Source: Chiloscyllium plagiosum
Lineage: Eukaryota
Length of the DNA stretch: 64,000 bases
Direction: 5' to 3'
NCBI RefSeq assembly: GCF_004010195.1
Contig: NC_057718.1
Span: forward strand, 20,338,915-20,402,914
A model generated the notes under the pieces. That model saw nothing but the letters and a program-made list of their open reading frames with translations, was not told where the DNA came from and did not search any database. Shown in pieces: positions 24,221 to 37,353 of this stretch. The position numbers and the translations under genes are program-made. The first letter of the stretch is position 1; each line of letters starts with the position of its first letter.

Positions 24221-25539
24221 AACAGAGACGTGGATGAAGGAACAGATATCTATCAGCTCATACTCCTCAGCCAGATGCTCATTGAAAAACTGGTGGGTAA
24301 TGGCTGATTCCTCAATTCCTGTGCCGATTAGGTTTGTCTACTTTGCCAAATTTCCCACAATTTCAAGTCCGTATCACTCTACATAAGACTGAACCTCTTC
24401 CTGAAGGAATCTCATCCTGTGCTTGGCTTATGCTGAAAGACCCAACTTGAGAACAGAAGGCCATTGCACCAAATGGAATCTCTGCATCTGACAGCAGTGA
24501 TAGCAGAGCTCATTGAGGGCAGTCCCATTTGAAGTAACCAACCCTGTAACAATTCCAAAACCTCTTTACAGCATCCCTTGAACTGATTTGGCCATGGAGT
24601 TTACTGTGGAGATCAGACAAGGTCTGGATCTGAGCATTCTGTGCAGCAATATGTTTCTACTATCTCTTCAGCTTGAGGTCCACCTTCCCATCTATGCCAA
24701 CAGTCACCTCCTTGATGTTAGCCTTTTCTCGGTCTTAGTAGTCCAATCTTTCTCCATGATCTAGATGATGTGATTCCATATTTCAAAGAAAGACAACTGA
24801 AGTCTGCCACTATTAAACTTCTTCAACACTTTTTGGATGGTCCCATCCCTCACTGCTTCTGCCAGACGGTTCTCCAGTATCCTGTTTGTTGGCGGATTGA
24901 AAAGCGGGATCGGGAAGATGATACAATCAAGAAATGTAATTTGTTTCGGGAACTGGAAAGCAGATTCCTTTCTTTGAGTTGATTGCAAGGATAAAATTTC
25001 TGCCGTAATTGTGTCAAGCTACTACAATCCCTAAAAACCTTTGTTATTATCTCAGAGATCTACTGCAGATTTCATTGAATATCTGCACATCTTTCCAGTA
25101 TTTCTTGAAGGGCTTCCCCATACAGATGTTCAATCAGAAACTGCTCAGTCATGTTGAGGCTCCCAGATGCTATGAGCATCCATCCAGTCTTCATTTGCTG
25201 TATCATCAGATGTTTCTGGTCTTCCCCTGAATCTGTTCAACTTCCTATTCATCAGTTGGTCGAAAGTCTGACTAGAAGTATCATCTCCTTTCTCCACAGT
25301 ATCAAGAGAATGCACACTGCTGTGAACTTCTGCTTGGTTTGGCCTATAACGTCCAATTCCCCCTGTCAATATCTGAGCGTCCAATGATCCTGCAGCTGCG
25401 TCAACCTCCGTCATGGACTTTGCCAGTTTCAACTTCTCCATTATCTGCTCCATCTTGGTCAGGTGCCCAATAAACTTATAGGCCACAATTTGATATCTGT
25501 AGAAAGCTTGCCAACAATAGCCGAAATGTCACGAGATTT

Positions 25540-26045
25540 AGAGTCAGAGTCATACAGCACAGAGACAAACCCTTCAGTACAAATCATGCATGCTGACCAG
25601 GTATCCTAAACTGAACAAGACCCATTTGCCTGCATTTGGCCCATTTCCCTCTAAAACTTTCCTATTCATGACTTATCCAAATGTATTTTAAATGTTGTAA
25701 TTGTGCCTGCCTCTACCACTTTTAGCAGCTCATTCCACATTCACAGTACCCTCGGTGTGACAAAGTTTCCCCTCAGGTCCCCTTTAAATCTTTCCCTCTC
25801 ACCTTAAACCTATACCCTGTAGTTTTGGACTCCCCTACTCTTGAAAAAATACCTTGGCTATTTATCTTATTTATGCCCCTCATGATTTTATAAACTTCTT
25901 TCAGGTCACCTCTCAGTGTCTGATGCTCCAGGTAAAACGACCTTGACTATCTGGCCTCTCCTTATAATTCAAACCCTGCAATCCTGGCAACATCCTTGCA
26001 AATATTTTCTGGAACCTTTCTAGTTTAAACAACATTTTTCCTATA
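25540..26045 (-). mobile_element. CR1 3' fragment
   Basis: Homologous to 28525-29050 and 63460-64000. Confidence 0.85.
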
Positions 26046-26085
26046 CCTAAAGATCATGAAAGCAGATTCTTTATTCCACTGGCGT

Positions 26086-26500
26086 CATAAGAACATAAGA
26101 ACTAGGAGCAGGAGTAGGCCATCTGGCCCTTCAAGACCGTTCTACCATTCAATAAGATCTTGGGTGATTTTTTTCATGGCCTCAGCTCCACTTTCCCACC
26201 CTCTTTCCAATACCCTTAATTCCTTTACTGTTCAAAAAAGCATCTATCTTAGCTTTAAAAACATTTACTGTGGAAGCCTCAACTACTTCACTAGGCAGGG
26301 AATTGCACTGATTCACAACCCTCTGGGTGAAGAAATTCCTTCTTAATTCAGTCCTCAATCTGCTCCCCCTAATTTTCAGGCTATGCCCTCTTATCCTAGT
26401 TTCACTGGCTAGTGGAAACATTATCTCTACCTCTATTTTATCTATTCCCTTCATAATTTTATATATATCTATAAGATCCTCCATCATTCTTCTAAATTCA
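26086..26500 (-). mobile_element. CR1 3' fragment
   Basis: ORF DLIDIYKIMKG...RGHSLKIRG...RRNFFTQRVVN; (cataagaa)n tail. Confidence 0.88.
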
Positions 26501-26923
26501 GACCTCACAGCTGCAGGTCTGAGATGGGGGATGTGATGTTCTCTCCTACCTGTTCTTCATGCCATTGCTGGATCTGCAAATGAACTATTCTGTCCCAGGG
26601 AAATTCTAGAAATTGTGAAGCAACATTAAGAAGCAGAGTCTTTGTATATGGCATTGCCATATTTCTCTTGATTTAAGGGGAATGGTTAAGAAAATCAGAA
26701 CACTGGTTAGTGTAAGAGATCTATGAATGAGTACCCAAATCTAGATCGAAAGAAACAAAACTGCAGGATAACTAAACATTAAAAGGCTGTTGGTTCAAAA
26801 AGAATTGCACTTTTACATTTAATATTTGTCAAATAATATTTGATAAGACTGACCTGTAATTTAGCCCAAATAACACCATCTTTTGTAGTTATGATAATTA
26901 ACTGTAGAAATGGCGCATTTTAC

Positions 26924-26975
26924 CTTCTTCTGATAAACATTCTTCTTCAGTGTGCCGGCTGTCATTCTCTTCAGG
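26924..26975 (-). CDS. EDARADD: EDARADD-family coding exon 5 (PEENDSRHTEEECLSEE)
   Basis: catgcag|CCT...GAAG|gtaaaa, 52 nt, phase 0 to 1. Joins exon 6 in frame and resembles the human exon beginning GEENG. Confidence 0.8.
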
Positions 26976-27119
26976 CTGCATGGCAATTACAATATAGTAC
27001 ATTTCAGTGAGGGTAACATCACAGTAAAACATATTAATTTGGACTTAAAGCAAGAAGAAAATACTTTTGAACAAAAATACAAAGCTAATAGCTTTTAAAC
27101 TAAAGTCTTATTTTCAGCA

Positions 27120-27366
27120 GGCTTGCTTCAAGATCAGAACAATTGCATCTTTTTCTTGTCCACTGTTATCTGACTTATGAACAGATCTCCCACATATTAG
27201 AGATGATTTTGCTCTGCAACTTTTCTGTAGCTGTAACACTACATTTTGCATTCTGTTCTATTACCCTGATGTACTAAGGTAAGGTATGATTTGTCTGGAT
27301 AGCATGCAAGACAATACTTTTCATTGTATCTTGGTACATGAAACAATAATAAATCAAATCAAATCA
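27120..27366 (+). mobile_element. LINE 3' tail (Rex1/Babar-like) ending in (aaatc)n
   Basis: ...cttttcattgtatcttggtacatgaaacaataataaatcaaatcaaatca; family assignment from recall. Confidence 0.5.
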
Positions 27367-28524
27367 TTCAGGTTATTGCAAACAAACTCACTTATAATTA
27401 TCACCTGGGATTAATTCCACCTTGAAATGCAAGAGGCCCTTCTCCATCTGTCTCTGGATCAGTTGGGGAGATCCTCCAAGGCACATCAGGTAAATAAAAT
27501 GTATACAAGCAATTATAGTTTAATGCAATAATACCTTATGACTGGCTCTTTATCCCTATTTAAACGTATTGCACAAATGTTCTACACTGAAACGAGCAAT
27601 TTTATTTGTCTTCATCTCAAGCCACAAAAAGATTTGACCTTTTCCTTTGATGCCTAACAAACATTGCCTGATACTAACAATTGATTTATGTCATGTGTAA
27701 CAAGACAAAGCTTTTAATCTACTTCTTTGGTGCAATGGTCTCATAAAATAAATGTTATAAAATATACATCAGCCTGTTTCATGATTTTCTTTTTGCTTTA
27801 CTTGATCATGCTGCAGATGGTCTTGACATGAGTGGGTAGAAGACTAAAGGGAAGTTGGAAATAATAAATTCACAAAAAGATTCAGGACAAGAAACTGATC
27901 ACTCCGCCCTGTGCTTTTCCTTGTATGAATCATGCTAATCACTCCCATTTTCCTGGTTGTTGCAGAACAATGGCAGAGTTCCTACCTTTGAGCCAGGGGA
28001 CCGGCCTGCAAGTCTCATCTGCTTCAGATACCTGTCATAAAAAGTCTGGACAAGCTGATTTAAAGCCCTCTTGTGCCACAGTGCTAATGTCTCTACCCCT
28101 GGACTCGGAAGCCTGGATTCAAGTCACACCTGCTCTAGAGGTGTGTAATATCATCCATGAACAGGTTGATTAGAAAAAGAGGTTATTTTTTTTTAAAAAT
28201 CACATTTTCCTTTTCCCTTATCATACTACTTGCTATTCATCTTTTTCAAGTAACCATCTAAAACAAAAATTAATGTACACTGCTTCAAGAACAGCTTGTG
28301 GCAGAGAATTCCACATTTTAATTATCCTCTCTGTATTGTCACTTTTACTATGCTCCCATCTAAATATTTTTGTTAACGTGTACTGTCATTATTGCCTCAC
28401 CAGCCAGGGGAACTGACCAGATTTGATTGCCAATAGCACATATCTCTATTGGAACATTTCACAATTCTAGCCATAGTTAAACAAATTATAAACTTGAAGA
28501 ACTCCATCATTACAACACTTGGCT

Positions 28525-31500
28525 GTCATAGAGTTGGAGATATACAGCATGGAAACAGACCCTTCGGTCCAACCTGTCCATGCCGACCAGATATCCCAAC
28601 CCAATCTAGTCCCACCTGCCAGCACCTGGCCCATATCCCCCCAAACCCTTCCTATTCATATACTCATCCAAATGCCTTTTAAATGTTGCAATTGTACCAG
28701 CCTCCACCATTTTCTCCGGCAGCTCATTCCATTCACATACCACCCTCTGTGTGAAAAAGTTGCCCCTTAGGTCCCTTTTATATCTTTCTGCTCTCACCTT
28801 AAACCTATGCACTCTAGTTCTGGATTCCCCCACCCAGGAAAAAGACTTTGTCTATTTATCCTATCCATGCCCCTCATAATTTTGTAAACCTCTGTAAAGT
28901 CACCCCTCAGCCTCCGACGCTCCAGCAAAAACAACCCCAGCCTGTTCAGCCTCTCCCTATAGCTCAAATCCTCCAACCCTGGCAACATTCTTGTAAATCT
29001 TTTCTGAACCCTTTCAAGTTTCACAACATCTTTCCGATAGGAAGGAGACCAGAATTGCATGCAATATTCCAACAGTGGCCTAACCAATGTCCTGTGCTCT
29101 GACCAATAAAAGAAAATATACCAAACGCCTTCTTCACTATCTTATCTACCAGCGACTCCACATTCAAGGAGCTATGAACCTGCACTCCAAGGTCTCTTTG
29201 TTCAGCAACACTGTCTAGAACTTTACAAAATAGTGTATAAGTCCTGCTAAGAGGTGTTGTCCCAAAATGCAGCACCTCGCATTTATCTGAATTAAACTCC
29301 ATCTGTCACTTCTCAGCCCATTGGCCCATCTGATCAAGATCCTGTTGTAATCTGAGGTCACCTTCTTCGCTGTCCACCACACCTCCAATTGTGGTGTCAC
29401 CTGCAAACTTACTAGCTGTACCTCTCTTATGCTCACATCCAAATCATTTATATAATTGACAAAAAGTAGAGGACCCAGCACCGATCCTCTGGTCACAGGC
29501 CTCCAGTCTGAAAAACAACCCTCCACCACCACCCTCTGTCTTCTACCTTTGAGCCAATTCTGTATCCAAATGGCGGGTTCTCCCTTTATTCCGTGAGATC
29601 TAACCTTGCTAACCAGTTTCCCATGGGGAACCTTGTCGAACGCCTTACTGAATCCATATAGGTCACATCTACTGCTCTGCCCTCATCAATCCTCTTTGTT
29701 ACTTCTTCAAAAAACTCAATCAAGTTTGTGAGACATGATTTCCCACACACAAAGCCATGTTGATTATCCCTAATCAGTCCTTGCCTTTCCATGGCATCCT
29801 GTCCCTCAGGATTCCCTCTAACAACTTGCCCACCACCGACGTCAGGCTCACTGGTCTATAGTTCCCTGGCTTGTCCTTACTACCCTTCTTAAAGAAGGCA
29901 CCATGTTAGCCAACCTCCAGTCTTCTGGCACCTCACCTGTGACTATCGATGATACAAATATCTCAGCAAAAGGCCCAGCAATCACTTCTCTAGCTTCCCA
30001 CAGAGTTCAAGAATACATCTGATCAGGTCCTGGGGATTTATTCACCTTTATGCTTTTCAAGACATCCAGCACTTCCTCCTCTGTAATATTGACATTTTGC
30101 AAGGTGACACCATCTATTTCACTACTTTCTTTATCTTACATATCCTTTTCCATAGTAAATACTGATGCAAAATGCTCGTTTAGTATCTCGTCCGTCTCCT
30201 GCGATTCTATACAAAGGCCACCTTGCTGATCTTTGAGGGACCCTATTCTCTCCCTAGTTACCCTTTTGTCCTTAATATATTTGAAAAACCTTTGGATTCT
30301 CCTTAATTCTATTTGCCAAAGCTATCTCATGTCCCCTTTTGGCCCTCCTGATTTCCCTCTTAAGTGTACTCCTACTTCCTTTATACTCTTCTAAGGATTC
30401 ACTCGATCTATCCTGTCTGTACCTGACATATGCTTCCTTCTTTTCTTAACCAAACTCTCAATTTCTTTAGTCATCCAGCATTCCCTATACCTACCAGCCT
30501 TTCCTTTCACCCTAACAGGAATATACTTTTTCTGGATTCTCGTTATCTCATTTCTGAAGGCTTCTCACCTGTGAACATTTGCCTCCAATTAGCTTTTGAA
30601 AGTTCTTGCCTAATACCATCAAAATTGGCCTTTCTCCAATTTAGAACTTCAACGTTTTGATCTGGTCTATCCTTTTCCATCATTATTTTAAATCTAATAT
30701 AATTATGGTCGATGGCCCCAAAGTGCTCCCCCCACTGACACCTCAGTCACCTGCCCTGCCTTATTTCCCAAGAGTAGGTCAGGTTTTGCACATCCTCTCG
30801 TAAGTACATCCACATACTGAATCAGAAAATTGTCTTGTACACACTTAAGAAATTCTTCTCCATCTAAACCCTTAACACTATGGCAGTCCCAGTCCATGTT
30901 CAGAAAGTTAAAATCCCCAACCATAACCACCCTATTATTCTTACAGATAGCTGAGATCTCCTTACAAGTTTGTTTCTCAATTTCCCTCTGACTATTAGGG
31001 GTCTATAATACAATCCCAATAAGGTGATCATCCCTTTCTTATTTCTCACTTCCACCCAAATAACTTCCCTGGATGTATTTCCAGGAATATCCTCCCTCAG
31101 CACAGTTGTAATGCTATCCCTTATCAAAAATGCCACTCCCCCTCCTCTCTTTTCTCCCTCTCTATCCTTCCTTCGCATTTGTATCCTGGAACATTAAGCT
31201 GCCAGTCCTGCCCATCGCTAAGCCATGTTTCTATAATTGCTATGATATCCCAGTCCCATGTTCCTAACCATGCCCTGAGTTCACCTGCCTTCCCTGTTGG
31301 TCCCTTGCATTTAAATAAATGCAGTTTAATTTATTAGTCCTAATTTGTCCCTTCTTGCCCTGACTGTTTGACTCGCTTTTGTTCTCAACTGTACCAGTCT
31401 TTCCTCACTATCTCCCTGGGTATCACCCCCCACCTTACTAGTTTAAATCCTCCCATGCAGCTCCAGCGAATCTCCCTACCAGTATATTAGTCCCCTTCCA

Positions 31501-32972
31501 ATTTAGGTGCAATACGTCTTTCTTGCACAGGTCACTTCTACCCCAAAAGAGATTTCAATGATCTAAAAATGTAAATCCCATACACCAGCTCCTCAGCCAT
31601 GCATTCATCTGCTCTATCCTCCTATTCCTGCCCTCACTAGCTTGTAGCACCAGGAGTAATCCAGATATTACTACTCTCGAGGACCTTCTTTTTAGGTTCT
31701 TGCCTAACTCTCTGTAATCTCCCTTCAGAATTTCAACCTTTTCCCTTCCTATGTTGTTGGTTCCAATATGGACAATGACCTCTTGCTGGCCCCTCTCCCC
31801 CTTGAGAACATTCTGCACCCCCTCTGAGACATCCTTGATCCTGGCACCAGGGAAAGCAACACACCATTCTGATTTCTCGCTGCTGACCACAGAAATGTCT
31901 GTCTGTACCTCGAACTAGAGAGTCCCCGAACACATTGATCTCTTGGAACCCGATGTACCACTCATTGCATTAGAGTCAGTCTCAATACTAGAAACTTGGC
32001 TGTTCATGCTATGTTCCCCAGAGAATCCATCACCCCCTACATTTTCCAAAATAGCATACTTGTTTGAAATGGGTACAGCCACAGAAGGCTCCCTCACTAG
32101 CTGCCTACCTCTCTTACCTTTCCTGGAATTAACCCATCTATATGACTGTATCTGAGACTTTCCCCCTTCGTATAACTGCCATCCATCACATACTGTTGCT
32201 GTTGAAAATTCCTCATTGCTTCTAATTGTCTCTCCAACCGGTCCATTTGATCTGATAAGATTCACAACCAACAGCATTTATTGCAGTTATTATCTGCAGT
32301 AACCCTTAAACTCTCTTTATATTCCCACATGACAAGAAGCGCATATCACTCTACTAAAGGCCATTTTTGCTCCTTCACAATCTACAGACCCAGAAAATAA
32401 CACCATCTTATTCCTGTACAAAACACTTCCCCAGGCTAAATTAATAATTTTGGCTTATATTTTAAGTTTAATCAAGAGACATATCTCAAAAAACATATAA
32501 TCAAGAAAGAACCCACACTACTCACTACTGCAGACTTTCTGTTGGTCCCACTTAAAAACAGCACACTTATCTGCTTCTGTGCTGTGAACTTCACCCAAAC
32601 AGTTCCTCCAAGATCAGTTTTGAATTTCACTGTTTTTGAATTTTCCCAGACACACTCCGATGTCCAGCGATACATGAATTCAAACAGCAAAGGCAGTAAC
32701 TGTGCAGATTCACTGCTACATCAGTTTCTTTCTCTCTCTCTCCTGCACTGACCTTACCATGTGCTTCCTTTGTCTGTTCTTCCCCCTTTTAAAATTGCTG
32801 TGGTTTTGACTTTTTTTTCCAAAGTTTCAAAACAATGCAACAGCATATAAAGCAGTAATTGCTGCTCCTGGAATTTGAGGAAATCACCTCCAACACTTAA
32901 AATACCTCAATAAAGGAGCAGCTGTTACAGCCAGAAATTTTTTCTGTCCTCCATCTTGGATTACCCAGAATC
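28525..32972 (-). mobile_element. Near full-length CR1 LINE, inactivated
   Basis: ORF1 FGDSLVRGTDR...HIGTNNIG...VVISGLL; APE GGGVAFLI, VGDFNF; RT QHGFVCGKSCLTNLIEFFEEV, GSVLGPLLF; 3' RGNFFTQRVV; many frameshifts. Confidence 0.95.
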
Positions 32973-34121
32973 CTTGTGAAAAGGCACTGTCATGTCATAT
33001 TACTTAACTGTATCCCCGTACCTTTACTAACATCTTAATGAATTCAGATTGCACTTTTGAAAACTGATCTTACATTTTTCTTGATCTGTTGGTGTCATGC
33101 TTGGCCATTTGAAATCATGTGCTGTTGTAATATCCTAAACACTGGTCAGTATTTTGTGTAATTCTGAAGCTCAGTCTGACCCTAGGCCTACAGTGAAAAC
33201 AGATGGAACCGACCCTTGCCGGCACCGGCACTCGATCCATCACACACTGACCATTTCCTTGAACTCACCACACTTTCCGAAGTGCATGGCCAGGGCAATA
33301 AGTGTATAACCAAGCATCATACATGGCTAAGCCAGGCATTCAAGATAGTGCCCAAGGGGACTGAGAAAGAATCACTGAAAAGAAAAGCATTGATCGATCT
33401 CAAGACTGTCAAAACTGACCTTCATTGAGTGCAAGAGCATTCCTCTGAAATCAGAATATTAGGGGTCACAATAAGATACAAACCCTAAGGAGTCTTCTTG
33501 CTGCTGGACACAGGTGGCCACAGGTATATTGTCAAACCATTAGCTGAGAATTAATCTCCTTGGTTCTGCAACACTACTGAGTGCATCGTTTGCCTCTCAT
33601 CGTACACTGGACTCCTGTCCTCAAGCATGTGCCTACTGTGGATCATTTTCCAGACTTCAGTTGCCAATCATCAAGTGTTTCCAGTTCTTCTGATAAATCT
33701 ATTCAGCTGACTATTCGTTAGCAAGTATAATATCTGACCAGGTGTATTGTTTCCTTCCTCCATAGCCTCAAGAGAACACAGACTTGACTTGATTTGGCAT
33801 AAGGTTCTAATTCCCTCTTCTAATACATGAGCCTCCAATGATCTGGAGCATCCTTAACCTCCCTCATGGGCATTATTAGTTTCAACTTCTCTACATCCAT
33901 TCCATATTTCCCAGGTGCCTTTCAACCTCATCTGCCATGACTTGATGCTTACGTTGTAGAAGTCTAACAACTACTCCAGGAAAATAACATGGAATTACAA
34001 CACATGGAAGGCCCAAAGATCATGAGCAAGGATTCTTTATTCCACTAGCATGGGCCATTTCAAGCATGAAGGGAATTAAGGATAAACAAGGAACATTTAC
34101 GTTATGCACAGGAAAGAAATG

Positions 34122-34756
34122 AGGTAAAAACAATGACTGCAGATGCTGGAAACCAGATTCTGGATGCGGTCTCCTCTACATTGGGGAGACTGGGCGCCTC
34201 CTAGCGGAGGGCTTTAGAGAACATCTCCGAGACACCCGCACCAATCAACCAAATCGCCCAGTGGCTCAACATTTCAACTCCCCCTCCCACTCTGCCGAGG
34301 ATATGGAGGTGCTGGTTCTCCTCCACCGCCGCTCCCTCACCACCAGACGCCTGGAGGAAGAACGCCTCATCTTCCGCCTCGGAACACTTCAACCCCAGGG
34401 CATCAATGTGGATTTCAACAGTTTCCTCATTTCCCCTTCCCCCACCTCATCCTAGCTTCTAACCTCCAGCAACTCGATCCCCTGACCTGTCCGGACTTGT
34501 CCGACCTGCCCAGCTCCTTTTCCACCTATCCACTCCACCCTCTCCTCCCTGACCTATCACCTTTATCTCCTTCCCCACTGACCTATTGTACTCTATGCCA
34601 CTCTCTCCCCACCCCCACCCTCCTCTAGCTTATCTCTCCACGCTTCAGGCTCTCTGCCTTTATTCCTGATGAAGGGCTTTTGCCCGAAACGTCGATTTTG
34701 CCTGTCCTCGGATGCTGCCTGAATTGCTGTGCTCTTCCAGCACCACTGATCCAGAA
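34122..34756 (+). mobile_element. 5'-truncated Penelope-like retroelement: GIY-YIG endonuclease C-terminus plus hammerhead-bearing terminus
   Basis: From ~34165 it translates CGLLYIGETGRLLAEGFREHLRDTRTNQPNRPVAQHFNSPSH...RLGTLQPQGINVDF. An inverted terminal piece lies at 34122-34164. 14-bp TSD acaggaaagaaatg at 34108-34121 and 34757-34770. Confidence 0.92.
34662..34697 (+). ncRNA. Minimal hammerhead ribozyme motif (weak stem I)
   Basis: ATTC-CTGATGA-A-GGGC-TTTT-GCCC-GAAA-CG-TC-GATT. Confidence 0.65.
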
Positions 34757-35473
34757 ACAGGAAAGAAATGTGTGGGTTACATTGGGCTGAGAAATTCTTT
34801 TGCAAGCTCTCCTTTCCCATTCATCCTCTTTTCACCAAAGACAGACTTTCCTCTCCAGTGACAGTCCATTCAATTGCTCCAGTTGACTCTCTCATTATCA
34901 CTACCTAATTCTGGAGGTCCTATTACCAGAAAACAGAAGAAACTAATGGGATGATCCAGATTGTGCAACCATTGAACGCTATTGTCATTTTTATAGGCTG
35001 TCACAAATTGAAAATAGGTTTAAGCAGAGCATTTCCTTCTTCTATTCCTCTTGAAGATTGGATTCCACTTTCTTTCTTAATTATTTTGCATCAAAGACAA
35101 AGAGCATTGGATTCCTAAATTCTACTCTGTTCAGAAATTGCAAAAAGGCAGTTCAAGGAGTCCACCATTCAACTTTGCATTCTCTCTTGCTATGCCACAG
35201 CATGCTGAAGTGCTAAAGGGCCTTTAATGAGCTGAATAAGCTATTTTAAAATTCTCAGCACAAAGCTGTTTTGAAGTCAGCTATTTTTTAATAACTCACT
35301 TCAGAGGCTGAAGGAGGTGGTATTCTTATGAGACCATAGATGTGATTGTGGTTACAGGGAGAGAATTCTTTTAAAGATGCTGCTTAAACAGAGGACAGAA
35401 TACTTTGAAACTTAATCTCTACAAAAGCTCACAAGCAAATCAGGGAATAAATTTGAAATGAACTTGTTTCTAC

Positions 35474-35553
35474 CTGTCTTGTCGTTTGAAGAGTTGAAGT
35501 TAAATGTTCCAGGTTAACAGTTGTCGTATCCTGTACTAGGAGATCTGAAACAC
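35474..35553 (-). CDS. EDARADD: EDARADD-family coding exon 4 (GVSDLLVQDTTTVNLEHLTSTLQTTRQ)
   Basis: gctgacag|GT...ACAG|gtagaa, 80 nt, phase 1 to 0; bridges exons 3 and 5 in frame. An alternative in-frame acceptor (tttcag) lies 9 nt further in. Confidence 0.72.
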
Positions 35554-37153
35554 CTGTCAGCATAAATAATTGAGCTTTAGTAGGTATTGATAGATGTCAG
35601 TGCTTAATAACTGAAAGAAAGTTACTATAAAGCACTCAATACTTTAATTATCCTAAACGGGTAATGGACATTTCCTTATAAGTGATAATATTCACCAAAT
35701 AATATACAAAAGTACTAAATGACACCACAATGCAATAGATATTGCTTGTGAACTACATTTCTTTGCATTGCTCCAAGGCAGGCAGCATTGGTTCAGCACT
35801 TTTAGAACTTTAATGTACTGAACTATAGTGTAGCAGTTTGCAAGTGGCGGTATAGGTGAATGATCTAAAGCAAATCAACAGGGTAGGAAAATAAAATAGC
35901 TAATCAAGATGATAGCCATTCAGGAATTAATAGAATCAAGGAATGTGGGAGAAAATGGAAACATAGCATTGAGGTAGAGATCTAATCTCCAGAGAATACT
36001 GATTGGTGGAGCAGGCCTGAAGGGCTGAATGGCCTACAGCTATTCCTAGTTTCTATGTTTCTAAATGGAACATTTCCATCTTTTGTACCAAGCTTCAACA
36101 TCGGGTTCACCTAAATCAGCTACTCCAAACGTTAAACAATCATTCTAATATCCTTCTAGCTTGATAGAGAAGCAATGCCCAATTCCACCCCTGAAATGCC
36201 ATGATGACCTTTCTATTTCTCAAATTAGCCACCTTTGTGGCTTCTCTTTATAAGTAAGATTGCTACTCATGAAATTCACTAATTTATTAAACAAAGCAGC
36301 ACACATCATCTGGAGCTCATCTATAATGCAAAACATTTGTTCCCTCAACACCACTAATACATTATTTTTACTGCATATTATCTATTGGATACATTGCAGT
36401 AATATCCCAAGCCTACAATTTCCTCACCAAATCACACACCATCAAAATTTGGACATATATCACTATTTCTCCATTGTCATAGAATAAAAACTCTTAAATT
36501 CCCTACCTTACAATATTGTGAGAACACCTTCACTACATGGGCTGAAGCAGCTCAGGAAAGTGGTTCTCAAGGCAATTAGGGAAGAGCAAGAAATGGTGGG
36601 CTTATCAATGGCACCCATGTCTCGAGAATGATTTTTTAAAAATCCTGCCACAGTAAGAGTGGGCTTAAATTGCATCAACTGAGAACTCTGTTGAAACAGT
36701 CATATTGTCCCTAACAGATAGCATTCTTTATTTACATCATTATCTTGTCTGAATTGTCAACCTGGGTCTCAGAGATGAAAGAATAGCTGCCACCAGATTC
36801 AATATAAACTAACCTGCCTGTGCCCTATCCAAAATCAATTCAGTTGTGGCTCAGGTAGTAGCATTTGTCAATTAAATTACACTCCAAAGACTTGAGTATA
36901 AAAATCTATTCTGACAAGTCAGTTTAGTTGTGAAGGAGTCTTTTAGAGTAAACTTTAAATCATTACTGCCGGCTCTTTCAGGTGGAGATAAAAGATCCTT
37001 TGACATGATTTTGAAGAAGAGAATAGAAATTATTCCTTATGTACTGGTCAATATTTATTTCACAATCAATACCTCAAAAACAGATTGTCTGGCCATTATT
37101 ACACTGCTGCTTTAAAGAACTTACTTTGTGAAAATTGGCTGCTGCATTTCCTA

Positions 37154-37353
37154 GCTGAAAAATGTGTTGCTGGAAAAGCGCTGCAGGTCAGGCAGCATCC
37201 AAGGAGGAGAATCGATATTTCGGAATCCTGAAGAAGGGCTTATGCCCGAAACGTCGATTCTCCTGCTCCTTGGATGCTGCCTGACCTGCTGCGCTTTTCC
37301 AGCAACACATTTTTCAGCTCTGATCTCCAGCATTTGCAGTCCTCACTTTCTCC
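37154..37353 (+). mobile_element. Fold-back Penelope-like terminal element
   Basis: 37154-37222 is an inverted copy of ~37246-37320; perfect 15-bp TSD ctgctgcatttccta at 37139-37153 and 37354-37368. Confidence 0.9.
37223..37260 (+). ncRNA. Minimal type I hammerhead ribozyme
   Basis: GAATC-CTGAAGA-A-GGGC-TTAT-GCCC-GAAA-CG-TC-GATTC: intact core, 5-bp stem I, 4-bp stem II, GUC cleavage triplet. Confidence 0.78.

Larger units (their letters stand above)
20630..25530 (-). mobile_element. Degenerate Ty3/Gypsy LTR retrotransposon internal region (gag-pol)
   Basis: On minus: gag-like peptides at 25486-24761; degenerate knuckle FWNCYRVGYFKWDCP at ~24515-24560; RT-like region ~22200-22950; RNase H-like RWAISQKFRD; integrase Zn-finger region YWSGIGNDIDDYCHNYEKY. 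Order is RT-RH-IN. Confidence 0.8.

Noticed and set aside
24761..25486. Possible domesticated gag (PNMA/Arc-like) gene
   Set aside because: Frame is broken, the zinc knuckle is mutated, and it is contiguous with decayed pol.
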